From a virus (lineage: Duplodnaviria > Caudoviricetes): a DNA stretch of 62,247 bases. The stretch lies in the IMG/VR virus record IMGVR_UViG_3300036832_000189, positions 1 to 62,247 of that record; one strand, 5' to 3'. A program made the translations under genes and the position numbers. The notes under the pieces are model-generated. The model did not search any database. It worked only from the letters and a program-made list of their open reading frames with translations, and was not told the origin of the DNA. Below, one piece after another: positions 25,517-32,908 of this stretch (its first letter is position 1; every line of letters begins with the position of its first letter).

Positions 25517-26151
25517 GGTGCCTCCAGTTCGTGGATTTTGTCCCAATTGGGTGCCCAACTTTTAGTTGCGCCGTATCGTGATGGCTTCCAGATAGGCACG
25601 GTTGTGGAGATGTTCTTGAGGATTATCACGCGTGGTACGTGTGTGGCGAACCCGAGTGGTGTATCCACAGACAGGATCGGGTATGTGAGCTCCAGGAATG
25701 CTAATGCCTCTGACAGCTTCCCGTACTCACGCCGGGAGGTTTCGGTTGTGTCTGGGTCTCTGGGCATAGCAATGCCACAGATGCCGATGACACGTGCATA
25801 TTGCGCACGGTAGCCATGCTCACATTCTACGACCTGACCTTTCAGGCCAACCTTGCCGATGATGCAGACTTCGCTCTCTGCTCCTGTGGAGCTCATTGCC
25901 GGCAACAGGTAATCCAGGTGTGAGATAGACCAGAACCCGTAGGAGTTGCGGAGTGTTGGTGATTGCGGGTAGCAGAGGATGTACTCGTGTGTGTTCGTAG
26001 GCCAGATGCCAATGTTCTTGTAGTTCCACGAACGCAGCTCATATCCTGCTGCTGGACTACACCGCCAGAACCGGAATGCCTCAATCTCCGTTGGGACCAG
26101 CGGTGTTGCAGGGTCAAAACTCTGCATTGTCTGGGTCTTTCTCAATCTCAT
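25513..26151 (-). CDS. Paralog of the 22041-23168 family
   Basis: AFRFW...YGFWS...IIGKVGLKGQVVECEHGYRAQYA. Confidence 0.65.
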   Translation of the reverse strand: MRLRKTQTMQSFDPATPLVPTEIEAFRFWRCSPAAGYELRSWNYKNIGIWPTNTHEYILCYPQSPTLRNSYGFWSISHLDYLLPAMSSTGAESEVCIIGKVGLKGQVVECEHGYRAQYARVIGICGIAMPRDPDTTETSRREYGKLSEALAFLELTYPILSVDTPLGFATHVPRVIILKNISTTVPIWKPSRYGATKSWAPNWDKIHELEAP

Positions 26152-26599
26152 GCAGAAGCACCCTGCGGAGGTCTACGATCCTCTGCATACGCATGAGCCT
26201 GGTGTTGTAGTCTCCCATCTCGAGAACTTGAATGGTTGCTCCAGACCCACTCAAGTACCAAAGCATGGTCAACATCTGTACCACGTGTGGTTGTGGGCTC
26301 AAAATGCGGAAGTAGTTGTCGCTACCACTGTTGTACTGTTCTGCTGATATGTTCAACGCGACATCTGACAGGTCGATGCTGAACACGACGGTCTCACGCA
26401 CAAGTGAATACCACTCGGATGAGCTGGGCCGTTCGAGGTTACGCCTGTCGAACAGTGTCGAGTAGTGTTCCTCGATGGTGTCGGCCTCGAGTGCTGTCGA
26501 TTCCAGCTTGTTGCTGAACCCGTAATCGGTATCCAGCATTACCTCTCTGAGTTGGACTGTCATCTCATCGAGGATGATGTAATGCTTCGTGTGTGTCAT
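26114..26599 (-). CDS. Hypothetical protein
   Basis: AAGGAG RBS. Confidence 0.6.
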   Translation of the reverse strand: MTHTKHYIILDEMTVQLREVMLDTDYGFSNKLESTALEADTIEEHYSTLFDRRNLERPSSSEWYSLVRETVVFSIDLSDVALNISAEQYNSGSDNYFRILSPQPHVVQMLTMLWYLSGSGATIQVLEMGDYNTRLMRMQRIVDLRRVLLHEIEKDPDNAEF

Positions 26600-26607
26600 G
26601 CTTCTCC

Positions 26608-26841
26608 TTACAGGAACCAGATGATGAGACATATCACAAACGCTACGAACGCGAGAAACAACATACTGTTGCTGAAGCTGTTCAATGCGTTGACTGTCTG
26701 CTGGCGCTGTGCGTTCTTCTCACGCTGTTTCGCCATCTGCGTGTCACGGTACGCTCGCTTGGATGCCTCGCGTTCATGCTTGATGCTTGTGCGTTCGGCC
26801 TCTGCGATCTCTGCCTGTTCGTCAAGTGTCATGTTATTCAC
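26608..26841 (-). CDS. Coiled coil + C-terminal TM protein (likely start ATG 26832)
   Basis: GAAAGGAGGTGA RBS; hydrophobic C-terminus. Confidence 0.65.
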   Translation of the reverse strand: MNNMTLDEQAEIAEAERTSIKHEREASKRAYRDTQMAKQREKNAQRQQTVNALNSFSNSMLFLAFVAFVICLIIWFL

Positions 26842-26870
26842 CTCCTTTCATGTGGTTGAAGGGCACACTA

Positions 26871-26898
26871 GAGCCCTACGTCGTGTGACGTAGGGCTC
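26871..26898 (-). repeat. Early-region hairpin, copy 1
   Basis: GAGCCCTACGTC-acac-GACGTAGGGCTC. Confidence 0.75.
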
Positions 26899-26902
26899 CG
26901 GT

Positions 26903-27130
26903 CTACACTTCTTCTTGTTCGGCCTCGACCTCGTCCTGCCATGCCGAGTGGAGCTCTTCGATCCTCTCATGTGGCAATGCCCGCAGGTCTGCACCGTTTG
27001 TGTGCTTCTCGACGTAGCCCAGGAAGTCCTCGGCGTCCATGTCGTCATCAAACACAGGCCCGAACGCCGTCATGCTGACGCTATCGTACAGCGCGACCTT
27101 GCCCTCGATGCTCGTGATGCGTACTCCCAT
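26903..27130 (-). CDS. Hypothetical acidic protein
   Basis: AAGGAG RBS. Confidence 0.65.
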   Translation of the reverse strand: MGVRITSIEGKVALYDSVSMTAFGPVFDDDMDAEDFLGYVEKHTNGADLRALPHERIEELHSAWQDEVEAEQEEV

Positions 27131-27138
27131 GTGTGGTG

Positions 27139-27282
27139 TTACTCCTTCCCGTTTGCAAGTTGACGGTTGCGCTTGCGTGCCATACGCGCACGCTTGTTCT
27201 TGGCACGGCGGCGCTTGCGCTCCTTCTGTGGGGTATCTGAAGGGTCACCGCTGCTGGGCCAGTTGTACTTGCTGTTGCTCAT
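27139..27282 (-). CDS. 47-aa Arg-rich-motif peptide
   Basis: GAGGAGG RBS; ERKRRRAKNKRARMARKRNR. Confidence 0.65.
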   Translation of the reverse strand: MSNSKYNWPSSGDPSDTPQKERKRRRAKNKRARMARKRNRQLANGKE

Positions 27283-27680
27283 TCATCCTCCTCGTCTGGG
27301 TCATCATGGGCGTCAGGGGCAGGGATGTTGTCGATCAACATTTCGATCGGCATGCCGAGGGTCTGCATGTGGCGTGCGATCTTCTGAACACACGTGAACA
27401 ACTGGTCACTGAACCTGTTGCACATATCATCCACGTGCGTCATGTACATCACGTTTTGCCGGCCAACACACACCGTCGTGACGAGTAGATCCACGAACAG
27501 TTCTTCTGGATACTGGAGAACACCAGGGTCTTCCAGAATCTCGTAGAGCTCATTCGCGTAGAGTGCGATGTTGAGCATGATCTGCTGCTCTGCTTTGCGA
27601 TCCTCCGGCAGCGGTGTGGACAGCTCATGGATTGCATCATGGTGATCCATGAGGTTCTGGAGTGCGCGTTCGTGGTTCAT
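27279..27680 (-). CDS. Hypothetical protein
   Basis: ATGA-coupled. Confidence 0.6.
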   Translation of the reverse strand: MNHERALQNLMDHHDAIHELSTPLPEDRKAEQQIMLNIALYANELYEILEDPGVLQYPEELFVDLLVTTVCVGRQNVMYMTHVDDMCNRFSDQLFTCVQKIARHMQTLGMPIEMLIDNIPAPDAHDDPDEEDE

Positions 27681-27922
27681 GCGTGTGTGGTTTCAACCAG
27701 CAGGCGATCCAACAGCTCATCGTGTGTGAAGAACGTGCCGAGGTATGCCTGCTGCTGTGGCTGTGCAGCGGCCCCGGTGTCTAGCAACCCCCACAGCCTC
27801 CAGTGTTCCGGCACGCGTGGGTAGGTGCAAGTTTCCGGGTTGTGTCGTACCATGAACGGTTTGCCGTTGACTGTGAACTCTGTCAACGTGCCGTTGTCGA
27901 GTAACGTAGCCATGTCGGTCAT
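27677..27922 (-). CDS. Hypothetical protein
   Basis: GGGAGG RBS. Confidence 0.6.
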   Translation of the reverse strand: MTDMATLLDNGTLTEFTVNGKPFMVRHNPETCTYPRVPEHWRLWGLLDTGAAAQPQQQAYLGTFFTHDELLDRLLVETTHA

Positions 27923-27953
27923 GGCCTCCCTTCTTGTGGTGTGGTTTTGGAGC

Positions 27954-28003
27954 TAGGCTCCATAGAGCCGGTGGCGTGTGGGTCACCGGCTCCGTGCAAC
28001 CTA
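27954..28003 (-). repeat. Early-region hairpin, copy 2
   Basis: TAGGTTGCACGGAGCC-GGTGAC-ccacac-GCCACC-GGCTCTATGGAGCCTA. Confidence 0.8.
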
Positions 28004-28165
28004 GCGTGCGCTCGCCGAGGGCGGCGTGTGATCCGTCCTGGCGGCTTCGGCGGCTGCCTTGAGTGCAGCGCCCACGGCACCGATGCGGGCGGCAGAGAGC
28101 GGGCTGTGCTGCTTGTAGCTGAGAACTGCAACTGCGACCTGCTTGTTATCGTACGTGGTGGTCAT
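28001..28165 (-). CDS. 54-aa hypothetical protein
   Basis: AGGAGG RBS; MTTTYDNKQVAVAV... Confidence 0.55.
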   Translation of the reverse strand: MTTTYDNKQVAVAVLSYKQHSPLSAARIGAVGAALKAAAEAARTDHTPPSASAR

Positions 28166-28310
28166 GTTCCTCCTGTCGAGTGCGGTCGATTTGATCCTGA
28201 ATGTAACGCTTGGTTTGTGACTTGTTCAAACCATAGCGCCGTGCGTTGCTCACCCACGTGGGCATCTTGTGGGTGATGACCTTCTGGATGTGCTGCTCGT
28301 GTGGGTTCAT
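28146..28310 (-). CDS. Hypothetical protein, probably leaderless
   Basis: ATG 7 nt after the -10 box. Confidence 0.5.
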   Translation of the reverse strand: MNPHEQHIQKVITHKMPTWVSNARRYGLNKSQTKRYIQDQIDRTRQEEHDHHVR

Positions 28311-28317
28311 GGGCATG

Positions 28318-28346
28318 ATTGTATCAAGCGCCAAGCATGAAGTCAA
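28318..28346 (-). promoter_or_regulatory. Sigma-A-type promoter TTGACT-N17-TACAAT with extended TG
   Basis: Near-consensus boxes with 17-nt spacer. Confidence 0.7.
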
Positions 28347-28418
28347 TGCCGGGCCAGTGATGGAACTGCAGCATGTAGGTGACAAGCCACGTCGAGTGGC
28401 ACAGCATGATGAAGTAGT

Positions 28419-28688
28419 TCATCGGATGTCCATGAGCTGCCAGGGCACGCGCTGCGTGCCACCCCAACGGCTGATGAGCTGGTCGATGCCCCAGGCATCA
28501 TCTGCCATGTACGTGAAGCCGATGCGGTGTGCGATCTCGAGGACGTGTTCGTAGTTCTCGGCGGTCGCGTGCGCCGCACGCTTGAGGCTGTAGAGGTAGT
28601 TGACGTTGCGCGGGTTATCCGCATGTTTCTGGGCACGCTCCGCCAAGTTATTGGCGATCGCGTGCCACGTCTGCTGGTCGGTGGTCAT
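28419..28688 (-). CDS. Hypothetical protein
   Basis: AGGAGG RBS before MTTDQQ. Confidence 0.65.
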   Translation of the reverse strand: MTTDQQTWHAIANNLAERAQKHADNPRNVNYLYSLKRAAHATAENYEHVLEIAHRIGFTYMADDAWGIDQLISRWGGTQRVPWQLMDIR

Positions 28689-28882
28689 GCTGTCCTCCTG
28701 TTGCGTTTCCACGGCATAACAGTGCCGTTGCGGATGGACAAGACACGGTCTGCGGTGTCACGCAGTTCCTGTGCCAAGTCTGGGAATGTGGCCTCGATTG
28801 CATTTGCTGATGCCTCGAGCTCCTGCCGTGCCTTCCACAGGCTACCAACGGCCTTGATGTATTCTTCGTGGGTCATGGTCAT
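28685..28882 (-). CDS. Hypothetical helical protein
   Basis: AAGGAGGTGA RBS. Confidence 0.65.
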   Translation of the reverse strand: MTMTHEEYIKAVGSLWKARQELEASANAIEATFPDLAQELRDTADRVLSIRNGTVMPWKRNRRTA

Positions 28883-28910
28883 GTTGTTCACCTCCTTGGT
28901 ATGTGGGACG

Positions 28911-28959
28911 TAGACTCCATAGAGCCACACGTCGTGGACGTGTGGCTCCGTGCAACCTA
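28911..28959 (-). repeat. Early-region hairpin, copy 3
   Basis: TAGGTTGCACGGAGCC-ACACGTC-cac-GACGTGT-GGCTCTATGGAGTCTA. Confidence 0.8.
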
Positions 28960-28970
28960 CCTGTTGGTTG

Positions 28971-29231
28971 TTACCGCGTGCGAGACATGTGCGTGACGAG
29001 TGACCAGTCGTTAGACCACGCCATGTTATTGATGGTGATGCAGGCTACTGGTGCCTGCATGAGGACTTCGTCCTCGATGTAGCCCATGTGCCTGTCCGTG
29101 CGATGGATCATGCCATTGGGCTGTTCTGCGAAGTCCACGGCGCGATCCTCACTCGTGTGTACGAATACCCAATGCCTGCGGCACAGTTGGGCTGGTGTGG
29201 GCATGTTGTTTGGCGATGCCATTTTGGTCAT
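28971..29231 (-). CDS. Hypothetical protein
   Basis: AAAGGGAG RBS. Confidence 0.55.
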   Translation of the reverse strand: MTKMASPNNMPTPAQLCRRHWVFVHTSEDRAVDFAEQPNGMIHRTDRHMGYIEDEVLMQAPVACITINNMAWSNDWSLVTHMSRTR

Positions 29232-29412
29232 GCTCCCTTTCAGTTGTTTTTAGGACAGGTGGGTTACGGAACGGATTGCACGGTCGCGCATGATGACGTG
29301 ATAGCGAATGCGCAACCGGCGGAACGGCGTGAACTTGGTTGACGTTGTCAAGCGGAGCACGCGGATTTGGTGGTCAATGGCGTACATGTTGAGTCATTGC
29401 CTCCTGGTGTTG

Positions 29413-29637
29413 TTAGAACATCTGGTTGGGTTGTGCGTTGCTGGTGTCGGCAGTGTTGCCGGCGCTGCTGTCGGTGTTGATCCAGCTCTCGACCAGGTCG
29501 AGTGCTGCTGCCATGTTTGGCAGTGTGTCTGTGGGGTTCTGCGTGGGATCATCGAGGTTGAATACTACGCAGCTTCCGTCATCGAGAATGTCGAGGCGGT
29601 ACTTAGCTGCAGGTGGTGTGGCTGGCTGTTGTGGCAT
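29413..29637 (-). CDS. Hypothetical protein
   Basis: GAAAGGAGGTGA RBS. Confidence 0.65.
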   Translation of the reverse strand: MPQQPATPPAAKYRLDILDDGSCVVFNLDDPTQNPTDTLPNMAAALDLVESWINTDSSAGNTADTSNAQPNQMF

Positions 29638-29699
29638 TGAGTCACCTCCTTTCGTGTGGTGTGTCTTGTGTTATGTAAATCACGTTGAGTTGTCTGCAG

Positions 29700-29940
29700 G
29701 GTAGGGAGTAAACTGCATGCGAGCAAAGTAAACTTTGGTTACAATATTTGTGAATGTCGTTGACAAGAGGGAGTATCTTAGGAATCAAGAGAAACTTTGA
29801 GTATATAACTTATTATCGAAACGATTTCGGGTATTCGTTATTCGTTTCTGACACCTTACTCAAACTTTCTAATTTGCGTGCGCAACTGCTTTTGTTGAAT
29901 ATGTTATATTGCACGGAGGTTTTCCCCGGAGGTTTTGAAT
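29700..29940. other. AT-rich noncoding region with short repeats (candidate origin or control region)
   Basis: AAACTTT x3, AGTAAACT x2, CGGAGGTTTT x2, TTTGAGTA/TACTCAAA inverted pair. Confidence 0.5.
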
Positions 29941-30004
29941 GTCATGCCCAGGATCACCACAAAGCCTGCCGCCGGCAGGTTCTGTGCTGTGCCCACGCAC
30001 GCGT

Positions 30005-30037
30005 GCGCCCACCCCCTGCTCTGCAGGGGGTGGGCGC
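30005..30037 (-). terminator. 15-bp GC-rich hairpin after the 30050-30655 gene
   Basis: GCGCCCACCCCCTGC-tct-GCAGGGGGTGGGCGC; no clear U-tract. Confidence 0.55.
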
Positions 30038-30049
30038 GTGGTCGTGCCG

Positions 30050-30655
30050 TTATTCGGTTGTGTCGGCGTCCGCCTCAGCGATGGCCGCTGCCGCGTCTGC
30101 CTCGTCCGCTGCCGCTGCCGCTGCCGCCTCGAATGCGGCAGTGTAGCGTTCCACGGTGTCCACCATGAAACCGCCGTTGCGGCCGTTGGCGTCCAGTCCG
30201 CATGCGGATGCGGTCGTGTCCACGTAGCCGAGTCCATCCGGCCGGTTCTCGTCCACGTTCCAGGGGATGAACACGTAGAGGGCTGGCAGCTTCTCAGCCT
30301 GCCGCATCTGATTCACACGCTGCAGTGCGGCCAGAACGGCCCGTGGGCTAGCAACGTGTGCCTTTGCCCCGAGGATTTCCAGGGCGTCAGACGACGGCGC
30401 TTTTCCGGGCCGGATGCCCAGCTTACGCAGTGTGTCGTCTGTGACGAGGGTTGCGCCCGCGTCGATAGCCGTCCGCAGTCCACGGATCTTCGCGCCGAAG
30501 TTGGTGGCGTATCCGCTGCCGCTACGTGCGGCTGTCCCGCGTGGCCGCTCCAGCGTTACCTGATCCAGTCCGCTTTTGGCGAACAGCACCGACATGTAGC
30601 TGTCGGTAGCGCTGTCGGTGGTGACGTCGGGCGTGTCGTTGGTCGTGCGTGGCAT
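30050..30655 (-). CDS. Hypothetical protein, first gene of the leftward arm
   Basis: AAGGAG RBS before MPRTTN; Ala/acidic tail. Confidence 0.7.
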   Translation of the reverse strand: MPRTTNDTPDVTTDSATDSYMSVLFAKSGLDQVTLERPRGTAARSGSGYATNFGAKIRGLRTAIDAGATLVTDDTLRKLGIRPGKAPSSDALEILGAKAHVASPRAVLAALQRVNQMRQAEKLPALYVFIPWNVDENRPDGLGYVDTTASACGLDANGRNGGFMVDTVERYTAAFEAAAAAAADEADAAAAIAEADADTTE

Positions 30656-30826
30656 TGTGTCTCCTTGTGTGTGTGCGTGGCTCTCACGCGCAGGTACAGT
30701 TGTCACCTCCTTTCCCCCTGCGACGGCCGCTGCCACAGACGACGGCCGCGCGTGCGTGTGCAAGCGTGGGCCGTTGTCGCCGTTGGCGTTGCTGCCGTAC
30801 TCGTGTGCGTGATCGCTCACGACGGC

Positions 30827-30856
30827 AGCGTACACCCAAAATCCATTCGGATGCAA
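30827..30856 (-). promoter_or_regulatory. Sigma-A-type promoter TTGCAT-N18-TACGCT
   Basis: Consensus-like boxes upstream of the first leftward gene. Confidence 0.55.
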
Positions 30857-31016
30857 GCCCATTTCACAGAGGTTTGTATGGCGTTTGGCCCTCCTGGATT
30901 GATAAACCGGGGGCAAAAGCATTCTTTACCCCCAATCCGTCAGGCCGGCTAGAGGGTGTCTGACACAGATCGAGTGCTCCACCAAGCGTTGCCAACATAG
31001 CTAACGTCTAGCGGAC

Positions 31017-31025
31017 TGGTATGCT
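31017..31025 (+). promoter_or_regulatory. Extended -10 promoter (TGG-TATGCT) for the rightward arm
   Basis: About 38 nt upstream of the TerS ATG. Confidence 0.45.
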
Positions 31026-31063
31026 CGCGCGTACGGAGTACCACTGCCTGTAAGGACGCGCAC

Positions 31064-31348
31064 ATGGCAACAGACGATGCTAACAAGAACCTTGCCGAGT
31101 ACAAGAAGGCACTACAAGAGGAATACGAGCAGGCAAAACCTGACAGTGACGCCCGAGCTCATATGCGCGAACATCTCTTGGACTGTGCCAAGACCATCAC
31201 GTCCATTGCTCTAACTAGCCCATCAGACAGCCTACGCCTCAAGGCTGCAACATACGTGTTGGACAGGATCGAGTTCGCAGAAGGCGACCAGTCAGACCTC
31301 GAGAAGTTCCTAGACGCGATGAAAGCAAAGCCGGCGGATGCCAGCTAG
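31064..31348 (+). CDS. Terminase small subunit (putative)
   Basis: SDSLRLKAATYVLDR helix typical of TerS; first gene of arm. Confidence 0.6.
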   Translation: MATDDANKNLAEYKKALQEEYEQAKPDSDARAHMREHLLDCAKTITSIALTSPSDSLRLKAATYVLDRIEFAEGDQSDLEKFLDAMKAKPADAS

Positions 31349-31374
31349 CCTGAACACAGTTACATGGGACGACT

Positions 31375-31770
31375 GTGCCAGCTAGCGTCTACGTCGAAGC
31401 TGGCACCATCGGCCTAAGTTCAACTGAGTGCCCTTTCGACGCAGCATATCCCTACAGCTATTGCCGCATTTGCGGCATGGTGTATCAGCCACAGTTCCAA
31501 CGGGCGACACCAGGCGACAACGCGCTCAAGAAACTGCAGCGCCGGGATGCAATGGTGGCACATGAAGTACGCCACCGGGCAGATGGTAGCCTCCGAGAGT
31601 ACCAGCTCTCACCAACCTACCTTAGCCCAGAAGCTCAATACAGGCTAGCTCCATTCGGCATTGCAAGTCTCTCTGATATCGCACTCAACGAGGGCGCACG
31701 CCACGCTGCCATGACAGCGCCACGCAAGCCCGCCCTCGAATACCACAGGTTCCCTCACGTCTTGGCCTAA
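31375..31770 (+). CDS. Hypothetical CxxC...HxxxH protein
   Basis: CRICG...AHEVRH. Confidence 0.6.
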   Translation: MPASVYVEAGTIGLSSTECPFDAAYPYSYCRICGMVYQPQFQRATPGDNALKKLQRRDAMVAHEVRHRADGSLREYQLSPTYLSPEAQYRLAPFGIASLSDIALNEGARHAAMTAPRKPALEYHRFPHVLA

Positions 31771-31964
31771 TGCCTAAGCGCAAAACCACACGCAAGCGCA
31801 AGAAGCCATTTGGCAAGCTCAAGAAGGGCCAGCTCCACAGGGATCTTCACATCCCACAAGGCAAGAAGATCCCTGTTTCACGTCTACGTGCAGCGGCCAA
31901 GCGCAAAGGCGTCGTAGGCCGCAGGGCTCGGTTTGCGCTGAACGCCAGGAAATTCAAGCATTAG
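31770..31964 (+). CDS. Small highly basic protein
   Basis: KKGQLHRDLHIPQGKKIP...GRRARFA. Confidence 0.7.
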   Translation: MPKRKTTRKRKKPFGKLKKGQLHRDLHIPQGKKIPVSRLRAAAKRKGVVGRRARFALNARKFKH

Positions 31965-31992
31965 AATGCACCCCCAGTTTTAGGAGCACAAA

Positions 31993-32406
31993 TTGTCATA
32001 TTTTGAGGTTGTCTACGAACCAGGGGGCATGTCTGTAGTAGACGCCTCAGACCGGCGAGATGCCATCCTGGGCATCCGCGAGCATCACCAACGCGCCATG
32101 CACGGTCAACCTGCACATCCTGAGCCTAGTGGCGGGTTGCGGCCAGCGGAACGAATTGTCCTGGTCATGGAGTACGAAGACCACCCACATGAACTGAGTG
32201 CTCCAACAAGCCTATCCAACGAAGTGGCACAAGCCCACGTTGCTGACCTCCTAGAACTCTACACAGAGGACGGGGTTGTAGACCTCATCCAGGTTGCAGC
32301 ACACCTTGTGCCACAGCCACTTGCGGAGTTTGTTGAGCCACATGACTCCAAGTACACTGCTGAGGGTAAAGACATTACGGATGAAGTCCTGGTGGGAATG
32401 GGCTAG
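31993..32406 (+). CDS. Hypothetical protein
   Basis: AGGAG RBS, TTG start. Confidence 0.65.
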   Translation: MSYFEVVYEPGGMSVVDASDRRDAILGIREHHQRAMHGQPAHPEPSGGLRPAERIVLVMEYEDHPHELSAPTSLSNEVAQAHVADLLELYTEDGVVDLIQVAAHLVPQPLAEFVEPHDSKYTAEGKDITDEVLVGMG

Positions 32407-32879
32407 TGGCCGTTATCACCTTCAACCGTATGGATCAATTGGTCACGGACTATGTACTTGGTGGCTCCGGGACTGTAACACCCCCCTCCAGTTGGACTGT
32501 AGCTTTAGCCACAACGGGGGCCGCCACATACAACAAGGCGTTGTCTGTTTGGTCTCCAAGCGTATCAGGAGCGAACGTCAATGAAATCGGTACCTCAGTT
32601 GCGGCCTCCTATGCCCGGCAAACAATCAACCGGGATCAAACAGCCAACGGATGGACGAGTAGCAGTAACGACGCTACAGGATCGTCTACTACCGGCAAGC
32701 AGGTTACTTTTGGGCCTTTCGGAACTGGACTCACGCCGAACGGCGCTAACACGTGGGTCGTTACCGACGGAACCACGCTCAACGCCGGGCAGCTCTACTT
32801 CGGAGCAGACACAGCCTCAACTAGAACCTTCAACATCGGCGATACCGAAAAGGTCATCCCGATAATGAAGGTGGCATAA
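32406..32879 (+). CDS. Virion appendage/fibre-associated protein
   Basis: VALAT...NEI....SYARQTI...VTF pattern, T/S/G-rich. Confidence 0.6.
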   Translation: MAVITFNRMDQLVTDYVLGGSGTVTPPSSWTVALATTGAATYNKALSVWSPSVSGANVNEIGTSVAASYARQTINRDQTANGWTSSSNDATGSSTTGKQVTFGPFGTGLTPNGANTWVVTDGTTLNAGQLYFGADTASTRTFNIGDTEKVIPIMKVA

Positions 32880-32908
32880 TGTTATCTATATCCAAGGTAG
32901 CCTGACCT

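Noticed and set aside
26871-28959. CRISPR mini-array
   Set aside because: Units are ~1 kb apart, separated by intact genes, and their variable centres are self-complementary rather than spacer-like.
29760-29790. Rightward promoter from the perfect TTGACA at 29760
   Set aside because: No acceptable -10 box at 16-18 nt.
29939-30952. 337-aa + strand ORF
   Set aside because: Antisense shadow of the GC-rich RBS-led minus gene; Cys/Arg-rich with no RBS.
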